A DNA stretch of 64,000 nt. It comes from Flavobacterium sp. Lineage in GTDB: Bacteria; Bacteroidota; Bacteroidia; Flavobacteriales; Flavobacteriaceae. The position numbers and the translations under genes are program-made. The stretch lies in NCBI RefSeq assembly GCF_040379285.1, contig NZ_JBEILJ010000007.1:1134-65133 (forward strand). Reading direction: 5' to 3'. Positions 1 through 8,886 of this stretch are shown here, in pieces (position 1 is the first letter of the stretch; the number at the start of each line of letters is the position of its first letter). Under the pieces are notes generated by a model, which saw only the letters and a list, made by a program, of their open reading frames with translations, ran no database searches and was not told the DNA's origin.

Positions 1-707
1 AGGTATTGTCCGTCCAAACGCACGTTATAATCCATCACATCGATATGTGTATACACGGGTTCGGTGTAGGTTTTGGTCAAGAAATCTTCGACGGAAACCG
101 ATTTCATTTTCATTCCGTCCAGAATTTCTTTGGCGCCCATTCCGACTTTTCCTTTACCGGTCAATACAATTTTGATATTGGGCAAAAGGATACGCTTCAA
201 CCGCGCAATAAGATCGTCTTTGCTTTGTAGTGTTTCGGCTTTGGGAAGGGTGAACAATTCGTATTTGATGCCAAATCCTCTAAACCCGTTGTAGGCGCCC
301 ACTATACCCGCATAACGTCCAAATCCGATGAGCCGTTTGTTTTGGGCATCCACAATCGTTTCGTGGTCATAGAGTTCGATTTTTTTGGCTAAAATAGCTT
401 GCAACAAAGCACGGTTGTACGGTTGTTTTTTGATCGTGTGCGAAAAAAAGAAATACTTTTTCCCGGGCAATAACGCGTCTACGGGAATTTCTTTCACTCC
501 GAAAAGCACATCGCAGTCCTGCATATCGGTGGTCACTTCGAGTCCCATTGTGCGGTAAGCCTCGTCGGGAAACACGCGGATGTCGGAGGATTCCACTTTG
601 ATACGAACCTCGGGATGGGCCTGTTGCAATCGGACCAATTCTTCGGGGGTAAAAACCACGCGACGATCGGGAGGAGACTTACGTTCTTTTACGATACCAA
701 ATACCAT
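1..707 (-). CDS. NAD(P)-dependent oxidoreductase, saccharopine dehydrogenase / AlaDh-PNT N-terminal family (3' part runs off the window)
   Basis: Manual translation from ATG at 707: MVFGIVKERKSPPDRRVVFTPEEL...DVLFGVKEIP...YFFFSHTIKKQPYNR...FGRYAGIVGAYNG. Absent from the ORF track because its stop lies outside the window. Confidence 0.85.
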   Translation of the reverse strand, partial: MVFGIVKERKSPPDRRVVFTPEELVRLQQAHPEVRIKVESSDIRVFPDEAYRTMGLEVTTDMQDCDVLFGVKEIPVDALLPGKKYFFFSHTIKKQPYNRALLQAILAKKIELYDHETIVDAQNKRLIGFGRYAGIVGAYNGFRGFGIKYELFTLPKAETLQSKDDLIARLKRILLPNIKIVLTGKGKVGMGAKEILDGMKMKSVSVEDFLTKTYTEPVYTHIDVMDYNVRLDGQY

Positions 708-915
708 AGCTATTGCCTATTTTAAATTGAATGCGCCCAAAAGTACGGGTAACGAAATCGATTTCAAAACTTTTCCTAAAAATTCATTTTACGATGGTTC
801 CTTCATTATCAATCGCTTACAAGAGCTGTTAATAATTTTGTTAGTTTTTAGCTTTTTTCAAAAACAAAAGCGCGTTCACGGTACTTATATTTGTTTTTTT
901 TCGAACAAATTCATC

Positions 916-2103
916 ATGCGAAAGCACTATTTATATACGGTAGTAACCACCGCTTTGCTCTTCATTGGTTGTCAACAATCGGGAGGACAGCAGAAGGAGC
1001 ATACAGGGCCAGAATACGCGATGGTTCCTGCCTCCGATTCGTTACCAAAATTGGCTGAGAGTTACAAAAATGCCAAACGCAACGAAATCGAGAAATACAT
1101 CAAAAAGTTTTTCAACAACCAATTTGAAAACATTTGTTTTTTGGTGGCCAAAAATGGAGAAATCATTTACGAACGTTACGAAGGTTATGCCGATAAGGAG
1201 CAAAACATTCTCAATGCTGAGGACAAGCCTTTGCATATCGCTTCGGTGAGTAAAGTATTGACAGCCACGGCTATTTTAAAACTTATCGATACCAAGAAAC
1301 TCAAGTTAGATCAGAAGTTAACCAGCTTATTCCGAGGGTTTCCTTACAAAGACGTGACCATTCGTACGCTTTTAAATCACCGAAGTGGCATGAAAAAGTA
1401 CAATTATTTTTGTGACGATGCTAAAATTTGGGGACGCAAAAAGACCTTGACGAATAAAGACTTGCTGCACATTTTGATGACCAAAAATATCCCATTGGAA
1501 ACCAAAACCGATACGCATTTCAGTTACAACAATACCAATTATGCCCTACTGGCCTTGGTGATTGAAAAAGTTATGGGTAAAAAATACCGTGACGCCATGA
1601 AAGAAATCATTTTCGATCCCCTAGGAATGACTCATACCTTTGTTTTTGATGAGGAAACGCCCAAAGAAAAAGCGACTCCTTCGTACAAGTACAATTATGT
1701 GAAATATGGTTTTGATTTCTTGGATGCGGTGTATGGAGATAAAAACATCTATTCAACTCCGAGGGATTTATTAAAATTTGATTTAGCCCGCAACGCCCCC
1801 GGATTTTTGAGTCCTGACCTTCTTCAACAAGTTTTCAAAGGCTACAGTTATGAGGCCAAAGGTGAAAAAAACTATGGTTTGGGCATTCGTTTACGGGAAT
1901 GGGCCACGGGACAAAAACTGTTTTACCATAACGGCTGGTGGCATGGGAATACTTCGAGTTATATTTCGTTACGCGAGGAAAATACGGTCATTATTGCCTT
2001 GTCGAATAAGTATACTAAGAAAACGTATCAGCTGAAAAATTTATGTGCATTGTTTGGTAATTATCCTTTTGCGCTTGGCGACACCGCCACGAATGGCGAT
2101 TAA
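916..2103 (+). CDS. Serine hydrolase, beta-lactamase/class C PBP-like lipoprotein
   Basis: SxxK (ASVSK), YxN (YNN) and HNG motifs; lipobox-like LLFIGC after MRKHY. The track start at 580 overlaps the opposite-strand gene, so ATG 916 is preferred. Confidence 0.88.
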   Translation: MRKHYLYTVVTTALLFIGCQQSGGQQKEHTGPEYAMVPASDSLPKLAESYKNAKRNEIEKYIKKFFNNQFENICFLVAKNGEIIYERYEGYADKEQNILNAEDKPLHIASVSKVLTATAILKLIDTKKLKLDQKLTSLFRGFPYKDVTIRTLLNHRSGMKKYNYFCDDAKIWGRKKTLTNKDLLHILMTKNIPLETKTDTHFSYNNTNYALLALVIEKVMGKKYRDAMKEIIFDPLGMTHTFVFDEETPKEKATPSYKYNYVKYGFDFLDAVYGDKNIYSTPRDLLKFDLARNAPGFLSPDLLQQVFKGYSYEAKGEKNYGLGIRLREWATGQKLFYHNGWWHGNTSSYISLREENTVIIALSNKYTKKTYQLKNLCALFGNYPFALGDTATNGD

Positions 2104-2132
2104 ACAATTTTTCAATTTCTAGGAACTTTATG

Positions 2133-2140
2133 TACCTTTG
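2133..2140 (+). promoter_or_regulatory. Bacteroidota sigma-70 -7 element (TACCTTTG) upstream of ssrA
   Basis: Exact TAnnTTTG match 28 nt before the tmRNA 5' end. Confidence 0.6.
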
Positions 2141-2168
2141 CGTTCCCATTCAAGTTGGGGTTCACTTT

Positions 2169-2566
2169 GGGGTCGACTGGTTTTGACAGCAAGTGGAATT
2201 GAATCGTAAGCACGTCGAGCCTTGTACTTTTGGCTCGTTAATCCAAAGGTACGACTTTATAAACGGCGAAAATAATTACGCTTTAGCTGCTTAATCCGAA
2301 GTTTAGTACGATTGGCCTAGTCTCGTCAATGACGAGAAGCTAGATTCACCTCAAAAGCCTTGGTTTATGGCGGTTGGTCCAGGTGAACCGTAAAAGTAAA
2401 CCTAGGAAAGGTAATGCTTTGAATCCTTTCTGACACGGATAAAGCTAAGCAAAAAGTGGCAGTTCTTGGCCTTGCTTTTTGACGAAAATTCAATCGAGAA
2501 CTAAGCGTGTAGAAAGCTATTGGATTGCTTGTTTGGACCCGAGTTCGATTCTCGGCGACTCCACTA
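2169..2566 (+). ncRNA. ssrA: tmRNA (SsrA); tag peptide (A)GENNYALAA* at 2265-2294
   Basis: 5' GGGGTCGACTGGTTTTGACAGC pairs with 3' CGACTCCA with a G3-U wobble; T-loop GAGTTCGATTCTC; tag ORF ends YALAA-TAA. The 3' CCA is not encoded (CCACTA). Confidence 0.96.
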
Positions 2567-2600
2567 AAAAGTCTGCTCAACAAGGAGCAGGCTTTTTTTT
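2566..2600 (+). terminator. Intrinsic terminator after ssrA
   Basis: Stem GTCTGCTC/GAGCAGGC followed by T8. Confidence 0.75.
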
Positions 2601-2950
2601 CAAACAAAAACAACTACTAAAGCATCGTAGTATTTCGTATTACCTTCTGTTTTTGAAAGGGGTTCAATTAACAATTGGGCTTTCCATCCACTCCTGTTCC
2701 CGTAAGGGTTTGCGGTAAATTCCCCCGTTTAAAATATAAATTTTCAATACGTTCCGAATGAATATTAGCAGTATTGAGTACATACATAATCCCATTGCAA
2801 TATCTCCTTTTTGCGTAGGTTCTTGAAGAAAATCTACAATACATTCTTTACTGATTGAAATCTTGAATTCCTTTGATACTGATCACTATTGTAAAGTAGG
2901 GTAAAACAAAGGGAAACTTGTTTTGGTATATAGTAGAAAATGTCCCATCT

Positions 2951-3357
2951 ATGACCACCTACCCTGTAGCGCAACATCGTGTGTATTTGAGTAAGAAATT
3001 TGGACTCATCACTCATGAGCAGGTGCTTTTATTGTAGGGAGGGGAACAACAAAAATTGGATTTGAAAACCCTATCCAGTGTTCATTTAATCAAAAAAAGA
3101 AACTACACCATCAACCTATTCATGGGGGTTGGTGTGGGATTACTTTGGTCTGTAATGGCATGGAATGCCGAAACGCTGCCCTTGTGGGGGATTATTGTCT
3201 GGGGGGACTGGGAACAATTTTGGCTGGATATGCCGCAGTGTATCGATTTCATTCGTATACGCTTCGCATTCGCCGCAAAGACCTCCCTGAGGTAAGTGTG
3301 CGAACTACGCAATGGCATCATGATGAAATCAAAACATTCTATACGATTTTATGTTAA
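2951..3357 (+). pseudogene. Disrupted small membrane-protein gene (internal TAG plus frameshift)
   Basis: ATG 2951 MTTYPVAQ...QVLLL, TAG at 3035-3037, in-frame continuation GGEQQKLDLK...LPLWG, then one extra G in the G5 (3186-3190) or G6 (3201-3206) tract joins ...LGGLGTILAGYAAVYRF...TILC* at 3357. Confidence 0.55.
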
Positions 3358-3386
3358 AAGACACGGGATAACCACCGTGCAAAGCA

Positions 3387-3701
3387 CTAGGGTTGAACGA
3401 CCTCGCCGTTCCATTGCATTATACCCCCTTCCAAATTGTAGGTTTGTGCAAATCCCATTTGATCCATAATTTGACACGCTTGCGCACTTCGCCCGCCTGC
3501 TTTACAATACACGTAATAGTTTTTTTGAGGATCCAGCTCTTGTAAGCGATAAATAAAACCTTGTCCTTTATAAATATCATTAAGGATGGCTCCCGGAATG
3601 ATCCCTTCAGCCCATTCTTCTTCGGTGCGGACATCTAAAATTACAGCCTTTTCATCAGCGGCCAATTGCGCGGCCCAAGCCTCTTGAGATAAGTGTTGCA
3701 T
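3387..3701 (-). CDS. Rhodanese-like domain protein
   Basis: ILDVRTEEEWAEGIIPGA and YVYCKAGGRSAQAC active-site loop. Confidence 0.92.
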   Translation of the reverse strand: MQHLSQEAWAAQLAADEKAVILDVRTEEEWAEGIIPGAILNDIYKGQGFIYRLQELDPQKNYYVYCKAGGRSAQACQIMDQMGFAQTYNLEGGIMQWNGEVVQP

Positions 3702-3787
3702 CGTTTTTATTTTGATCCAAAAATACCACAAACTGCAACACAATCATAAAAAGTACTAGAAAAGTTTAACAAAATTATAACTCACGC

Positions 3788-3799
3788 TTGTATATACAA
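3788..3799. promoter_or_regulatory. Candidate MarR operator palindrome TTGTATATACAA
   Basis: Perfect 12-bp palindrome between the divergent rhodanese and MarR genes, upstream of TACCTTTG (3816-3823). Confidence 0.55.
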
Positions 3800-3849
3800 A
3801 TAATTTGGATTACCATACCTTTGAACTTAGTAATTTTGTAATTACAATT

Positions 3850-4311
3850 ATGAAAATTGAAGAAATCATTCAATCCAGTCTAACGTTAAGTAATACCAAA
3901 CGGGTAATCTTCAATTTGATGGTGACTCAAAACGTGGTTGCTGAAAAGTTTTACGAGGTACTTAAGCCTTATGATCTCTCGGGAGAACAATACAATGTAT
4001 TGCGAATTCTTCGTGGACAAAAAGGGAAACCTGCAAACATGTGTGTCATTCAAGAGCGCATGGTTACCAAAAACAGCAATACCACGCGATTGATTGACAA
4101 ACTACTTCTGAAAGATTTGGTGACCCGAAACGTTTGTCCCAACAACCGTCGAAAAATGGAGGTATTAATCACCGACAAAGGTTTGGCCTTGCTTGAAGAA
4201 TTGGAACCCGTAGTGTTGGCGCACGAGCAACTTTTTGCCCAAAACTTGAGCAAGGAGGAAATCATCCAACTAAACAATTTATTAGAAAAATTTAGAACCC
4301 TTAATATGTAA
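3850..4311 (+). CDS. MarR family transcriptional regulator
   Basis: LSGEQYNVLRILRG...NTTRLIDKLLLKDLVTR...NRRKMEVLITDKG winged helix. Confidence 0.93.
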   Translation: MKIEEIIQSSLTLSNTKRVIFNLMVTQNVVAEKFYEVLKPYDLSGEQYNVLRILRGQKGKPANMCVIQERMVTKNSNTTRLIDKLLLKDLVTRNVCPNNRRKMEVLITDKGLALLEELEPVVLAHEQLFAQNLSKEEIIQLNNLLEKFRTLNM

Positions 4312-4317
4312 TTTGCT

Positions 4318-4950
4318 ATGAGTGAATTTAATCAAAATGCCCGTTGGCGTTATGCCACCAAAAAATATGATACTACGCGCAAAGTGAGTGACGCCGACAT
4401 CGCGACCTTGAAAGACGCGATCAACTTATCGGCTTCTTCGTATGGTTTACAACCCTACAAAGTAATTTTTGTTGAAAATCGAGCGCTTCGTGCCCAATTG
4501 CAACCTGCCTCATGGGGGCAATCACAAATTGTAGATGCCTCGCATTTAGTGGTATTTGCCAATGAATTGAACCTTGGAAACGACCAAATCGATGCGTATT
4601 TTGAGAATATGGTACAAACCCGTGGCATTGCCTTAAGTGATGTACAAGGATACATGGATTTTATGAAAAATACCATCAATAGTATTCCTGAAGAAGCGCG
4701 CAACGTTTGGACGGCCAAGCAAACTTACATTGCCTTGAGCAATTTGATGAATGCGGCGGCCGAACTGAAAATTGACACGACCCCCATGGAAGGTTTTGAC
4801 GCACAACAGTACAACCAAATCTTAGGCTTGAACGAACGCAACCTTAACGCAGCTGTGGTTTGTGCTATTGGATACCGCCACAATGACGATGCTACACAGC
4901 ACGCACCAAAAGTTCGTAAAAGCGAATCCCTATTATTTGAAACCCTTTAA
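4318..4950 (+). CDS. NAD(P)H-dependent nitroreductase family protein
   Basis: WRYATKKYD, SASSYGLQPYK and DTTPMEGFD motifs. Confidence 0.93.
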   Translation: MSEFNQNARWRYATKKYDTTRKVSDADIATLKDAINLSASSYGLQPYKVIFVENRALRAQLQPASWGQSQIVDASHLVVFANELNLGNDQIDAYFENMVQTRGIALSDVQGYMDFMKNTINSIPEEARNVWTAKQTYIALSNLMNAAAELKIDTTPMEGFDAQQYNQILGLNERNLNAAVVCAIGYRHNDDATQHAPKVRKSESLLFETL

Positions 4951-4977
4951 TTCAACACTAATTTAATATTTACAATC

Positions 4978-5541
4978 ATGAAAAAATTGAGAACAATTGC
5001 AGTAGCTTTATTCGTAGCCACCGCTACCATTGCATCAGCGCAAAACAAAAAAATTGATGTCGCTAAAAGTAAAATCGAATGGGTTGGTAAAAAAGTTACC
5101 GGCCAACACAATGGCGTCGTAGACTTCAAAGGAGGTACCTTAATTTTCAAAGGAAAAAAATTGACAGGGGGCTCATTTTTAGTAGACATGACTTCAATCA
5201 ATGCAACTGATTTACAAGGTGAAAACCAAGATGATTTAAACAGTCACTTGAAAGATGATGACTTCTTTGGAACAGAAAAATATCCCACTTCGAAATTGGT
5301 TTTCAAAAAGTTGGTTGACAAAGGAAACGGCACGTATGTTGTGACAGCTGACTTGACCATTAAAGATGTAACAGCTCCAGTAACTTTTGAATTGAAAGTA
5401 AACGGTTCAACTGCAACTACGAGCTTTAAAATCGACCGAACAAAATACGGCATCAAATACGGTTCAGGTAGTTTCTTTGACAACTTGGGTAACAAAACCA
5501 TCAACGACGAGTTTGATTTAACCGTAACTATTAGGTTCTAA
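4978..5541 (+). CDS. YceI family lipid/polyisoprenoid-binding protein
   Basis: Signal peptide; SKIEWVGKKVTGQHNG, LNSHLKDDDFF and IDRTKYGIKY. Confidence 0.93.
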   Translation: MKKLRTIAVALFVATATIASAQNKKIDVAKSKIEWVGKKVTGQHNGVVDFKGGTLIFKGKKLTGGSFLVDMTSINATDLQGENQDDLNSHLKDDDFFGTEKYPTSKLVFKKLVDKGNGTYVVTADLTIKDVTAPVTFELKVNGSTATTSFKIDRTKYGIKYGSGSFFDNLGNKTINDEFDLTVTIRF

Positions 5542-5563
5542 TTTCAAATCAAATAAGGATACT

Positions 5564-5591
5564 AAGCCTCAGTTCGCGCTGGGGCTTTTTT
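5564..5591 (+). terminator. Intrinsic terminator of the marR-nitroreductase-yceI operon
   Basis: AAGCCTCAG/CTGGGGCTT stem plus T-tract. Confidence 0.75.
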
Positions 5592-5615
5592 AATTTTCTC
5601 GCTATCTTTGAAACC

Positions 5616-6200
5616 ATGAAGCCCATATTACTCCTTGACAACTACGACAGTTTTACCTATAATTTACTTCATTATATCGAAGCTCTTGGCGTTCCTGTAG
5701 TGGTGTATCGCAACGATGAAATCACACTTGAGGAGGTCGCGACCTTTGATCATATTGTACTTTCTCCCGGCCCAGGATTACCCCATGAGGCGGGAATTTT
5801 AAACGCGTTAATTGCACGTTATGCCACCGAAAAAGCCATTTTAGGCATCTGTCTTGGTATGCAAGCTATAGGTGAAGTATTTGGAGCTAAACTACAGAAT
5901 TTAAATACCGTACAACATGGAGTTGCAACTGTTATTGACACCACCGACCCTACGGATGTACTATACCAAAACCTTCCGCAGCAACTCACCGTAGGACGTT
6001 ATCATTCGTGGATTATCGACCCTGCCACACTTCCCAAAACTTTGGTGGTTACTGCGCAAACCCCTGAGGGTCATCCCATGTCTATTCGGCATACGGACTT
6101 ACCCGTTTACGGAGTTCAATACCATCCTGAGAGTATTTTAACGCCTATGGGAAAAACAATTTTACAACATTGGCTGGCGCGATATTATTTTAAATTATAA
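5616..6200 (+). CDS. trpG: Anthranilate/aminodeoxychorismate synthase component II (glutamine amidotransferase)
   Basis: LDNYDSFTYNL, SPGPG, GICLG (catalytic Cys) and QYHPES (His-Glu). Could function as PabA. Confidence 0.85.
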   Translation: MKPILLLDNYDSFTYNLLHYIEALGVPVVVYRNDEITLEEVATFDHIVLSPGPGLPHEAGILNALIARYATEKAILGICLGMQAIGEVFGAKLQNLNTVQHGVATVIDTTDPTDVLYQNLPQQLTVGRYHSWIIDPATLPKTLVVTAQTPEGHPMSIRHTDLPVYGVQYHPESILTPMGKTILQHWLARYYFKL

Positions 6201-6409
6201 CTTTACTAAAAGAAACGTTAACTATTGAATTACAATTTTTTAAAAATTCAATATAGATTTTACTTATACCTAAAAAAGTGCCCGTTTTGAATTATAAATC
6301 CTCAAGATAGCGTCGTTTCGTGCAAGAAGTTATTAACATTATTTTTACATTACACTCAGGTTTTATACATTTATTTAATAATCAAGGGATTATACAAAAT
6401 CATTCAGTT

Positions 6410-6760
6410 ATGGGACTATTAGACAACCAAAAGCGCAAAAAAGAAATTCAAGAACTCCAACGCAAGACGGAGGCCCTACACACCGATATTTCTAGGGAGA
6501 TTGCAGAATTGTTGGAGGAGCTAAATAGCGAATTTGAAGCACACCAAAAACAAGAAAAAGAATGGGAAGCCTTGCTTTTGGACTTGGCTAATAAACTCGA
6601 TGAGCAAGAACGCAAACGATTGGAACAACTCGCCTATCACCTCAGAGAGATCAAACAATGTGCACGCAAAGGGGTTGATGCGATGAAACAATTGGCACGC
6701 GATCACAAAAAAGCTGCACAAGAAAACCGTCATGATTACGAGGAATACTTGTATTTGTAA
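6410..6760 (+). CDS. Hypothetical coiled-coil protein
   Basis: 116-aa E/K/Q/L-rich helical ORF from ATG 6410; no family recognised. Confidence 0.65.
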   Translation: MGLLDNQKRKKEIQELQRKTEALHTDISREIAELLEELNSEFEAHQKQEKEWEALLLDLANKLDEQERKRLEQLAYHLREIKQCARKGVDAMKQLARDHKKAAQENRHDYEEYLYL

Positions 6761-6851
6761 AAAAAATAAAAAATTAGGTAGGGTAAAATCTCGGTGACTT
6801 GTTTTAGAAAAAAACACGTAAGTCATACTATTTTTTTGCACTCTAAATCAG

Positions 6852-6881
6852 AAAACCTCCGAGTAGTCCCCGGAGGTTTTT
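6852..6881. terminator. Bidirectional terminator
   Basis: AAAACCTCCG...CGGAGGTTTTT between convergent genes. Confidence 0.75.
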
Positions 6882-6886
6882 ATATT

Positions 6887-7648
6887 TTAACGGGTAAAGA
6901 CCAATTTCTTGTCTGTACTCAGCGATGGGTCGTAAGCATAACCCTCATAATGAAAGCCCTGCAACGCTTCAAGGGTTTGAGCCTGAGTATCTAGAACATA
7001 GCGCACCATTAAGCCACGGGCTTTCTTGGCAAAGAAACTAATCATTTTCAACTTGCCATCCTTATAATCTTTAAATTCGGGTGTAATAATTCGAGCTTTT
7101 AACTGCTTAGCGTCCAAGGCAGAAAAATATTCCGTACTTGCCAAATTGAGCAGCAACTCCCCCTCCTCCATCGAAGCATTTAAGGTCTTGGTTAATTTGG
7201 GTTTCCAAAAGGCATACAGGTCCTTTGCACTCCCCACAGATAATTTTGTTCCCATTTCCAAGCGGTAAGGTTGCATCAAATCCAAGGGTTTTAATAGTCC
7301 GTATAAACCTGATAAAATCCGAAGTTGTTCTTGCGCACGGTGCACTTGTGCCGCTGTCAAAGTATAGGCATCCAATCCTGTGTAAACGTCACCATCAAAA
7401 GCGTACAGGGCCTGACGCGCATTGGAGGCTGTCATTGCATTGACGTCACGCCCTTGATTGCGTTCCCAATTTAAAGTTGCCAAGGCAGGAGAAATCTCCA
7501 TAAGCAATTGTAAATCTTGTGGTTTGAGTTTCTTTAAGATCTTGTCAATCGCCGCTGACTCTTTCGCAAAATCAAAAGTTGTGTGTTGAGTAAAGGGAAC
7601 CGTCCGCTCAAAATCAAGCGATTTAGCCGGTGAAATAACCATTTTCAT
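6887..7648 (-). CDS. yaaA: Peroxide stress protein YaaA (DUF328)
   Basis: ISPAKSLD, LSGLYGLLKPLDLMQPYRLEMGT, NLASTEY and SFFAKKARG. Confidence 0.95.
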   Translation of the reverse strand: MKMVISPAKSLDFERTVPFTQHTTFDFAKESAAIDKILKKLKPQDLQLLMEISPALATLNWERNQGRDVNAMTASNARQALYAFDGDVYTGLDAYTLTAAQVHRAQEQLRILSGLYGLLKPLDLMQPYRLEMGTKLSVGSAKDLYAFWKPKLTKTLNASMEEGELLLNLASTEYFSALDAKQLKARIITPEFKDYKDGKLKMISFFAKKARGLMVRYVLDTQAQTLEALQGFHYEGYAYDPSLSTDKKLVFTR

Positions 7649-7803
7649 AGCCGTATTTTTTTAGCCTTCCAAAAATAAGGACTTTCCCTCGGACGTCCAA
7701 CAATGCCCTTTCCTTTGCGCTCAAAATCTTATCAACAATTGCCCTTTTTGGAACCCATTTTCTAAAATTAAATTTATCTTTGAACGCTCAAAAAAATACC
7801 CGT

Positions 7804-8346
7804 ATGATGATCTATAAATTCCGAGCTATCTTGGACGCTGAAGACGATATTTTTCGCGATATCGCTATCGAAGACAATGCAACTCTTGAGGATTTACACA
7901 ATGCTTTGGTTAACGCTTTTGGTTTTGATGGGACTGAAGTTGCCTCTTTTTACACCTGCGACGATACGTGGAACCAAGAGGACGAGATTCCGATGTTTGA
8001 AACCGGCGACACTCCTGGCGAAATGCGAACGATGGCTGACTTCCAGTTGCAAGACCTCCTTAACGAGGATCAGACCAAAATCATTTATGTATATGATTTT
8101 ATCAGCATGTGGACGTTTTTGGTCGAATTGGCGGCGATAGAAGAACCTGTACCTGGTGCTACCTACCCTGAATTGCTATTTTCACACGGAGAGATGCCAG
8201 CAGAAGCCTTGGAAAAACAATTCGAAGCCGATGGGGACTATGAATCGTATAATGATTTTGAAGACGAATTGGATGAGGAGGACATGGACATGTTTGGCGG
8301 CGATGATCATTTTGAGGATTATGGGTTTGAGGAAAATTGGAATTAG
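7804..8346 (+). CDS. Plasmid pRiA4b ORF-3 / IS1096 passenger TnpR-like protein with acidic tail
   Basis: FRDIAIEDNATLEDLHNALVNAFGFDG and IIYVYDFISMWTFLVEL pattern. Confidence 0.75.
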   Translation: MMIYKFRAILDAEDDIFRDIAIEDNATLEDLHNALVNAFGFDGTEVASFYTCDDTWNQEDEIPMFETGDTPGEMRTMADFQLQDLLNEDQTKIIYVYDFISMWTFLVELAAIEEPVPGATYPELLFSHGEMPAEALEKQFEADGDYESYNDFEDELDEEDMDMFGGDDHFEDYGFEENWN

Positions 8347-8350
8347 GCTA

Positions 8351-8382
8351 CTGAGCTGCTGAGTTTCTGAGTAACTGAGCTG
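8351..8382 (+). repeat. Tandem array of 4 x 8-mer CTGAGnnn (left arm of four-helix module 1)
   Basis: CTGAGCTG CTGAGTTT CTGAGTAA CTGAGCTG. Confidence 0.85.
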
Positions 8383-8471
8383 TTTTCCCGCCAATATAGC
8401 TTAACCGATCACAAATGGTTACATTCGGAAAGTTCACCTTAAGTTGTCATATCTTGGCAAAAATATGAGCC

Positions 8472-8825
8472 ATGAACACGTATCGAAATTTAATTGTTTG
8501 GCAAAAAGCCATGAATTTAGTGACAACAACTTATGAGATTACCCTAGAATTTCCCAAAACGGAGCAGTATTGCTTAACCGATCAAATGCGAAGGTCGGCA
8601 CTATCAATTCCGTGTAACATTGCTGAAGGTAAGGCTCGAAATAGTAATAAAGATTTTATTCGTTTTTTACGAATTGCCCTAGGTTCGCTTTTCGAATTTC
8701 AAACCCAACTCGAAATTGCAAAAAATATTGAATATATCAATCAAGAACAGTTCCAACGACTTTGGAATTTCAGTACAGAAATTGAAGTAATATTGGTATC
8801 GTTCATCAAAAAAATAAATGTGTAA
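8472..8825 (+). CDS. Four helix bundle protein (23S rRNA IVP / Avd-like family)
   Basis: YRNLIVWQKAM, FPKTEQYCLTDQMRRSALSIPCNIAEG and GSLFEFQTQLEIA. Confidence 0.93.
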   Translation: MNTYRNLIVWQKAMNLVTTTYEITLEFPKTEQYCLTDQMRRSALSIPCNIAEGKARNSNKDFIRFLRIALGSLFEFQTQLEIAKNIEYINQEQFQRLWNFSTEIEVILVSFIKKINV

Positions 8826-8842
8826 TTAATGCTGTGTTCACC

Positions 8843-8874
8843 AGACTCAGAAGCCTAGTGGCTCAGCATCTCAG
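8843..8874 (-). repeat. Tandem array of 4 x 8-mer nnnCTCAG (right arm, inverted relative to 8351-8382)
   Basis: AGACTCAG AAGCCTAG TGGCTCAG CATCTCAG. Confidence 0.75.
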
Positions 8875-8886
8875 AAGCTAATAACT

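Noticed and set aside
580-915. N-terminal extension of the serine hydrolase ORF
   Set aside because: It overlaps the opposite-strand oxidoreductase gene and the shared promoter region; the signal peptide begins at Met 916.
2566-3400. tmRNA 3' end as an integration site of a genomic island
   Set aside because: No integrase and no duplicated ssrA 3' fragment seen in the window; only a decayed small gene follows.
7804-8346. IS element implied by the IS1096-passenger/TnpR-like protein
   Set aside because: No transposase or terminal inverted repeats; it has backbone-like composition and context.
8472-8825. 23S rRNA intervening sequence
   Set aside because: No rRNA sequence flanks either four-helix gene; both lie between protein-coding genes.
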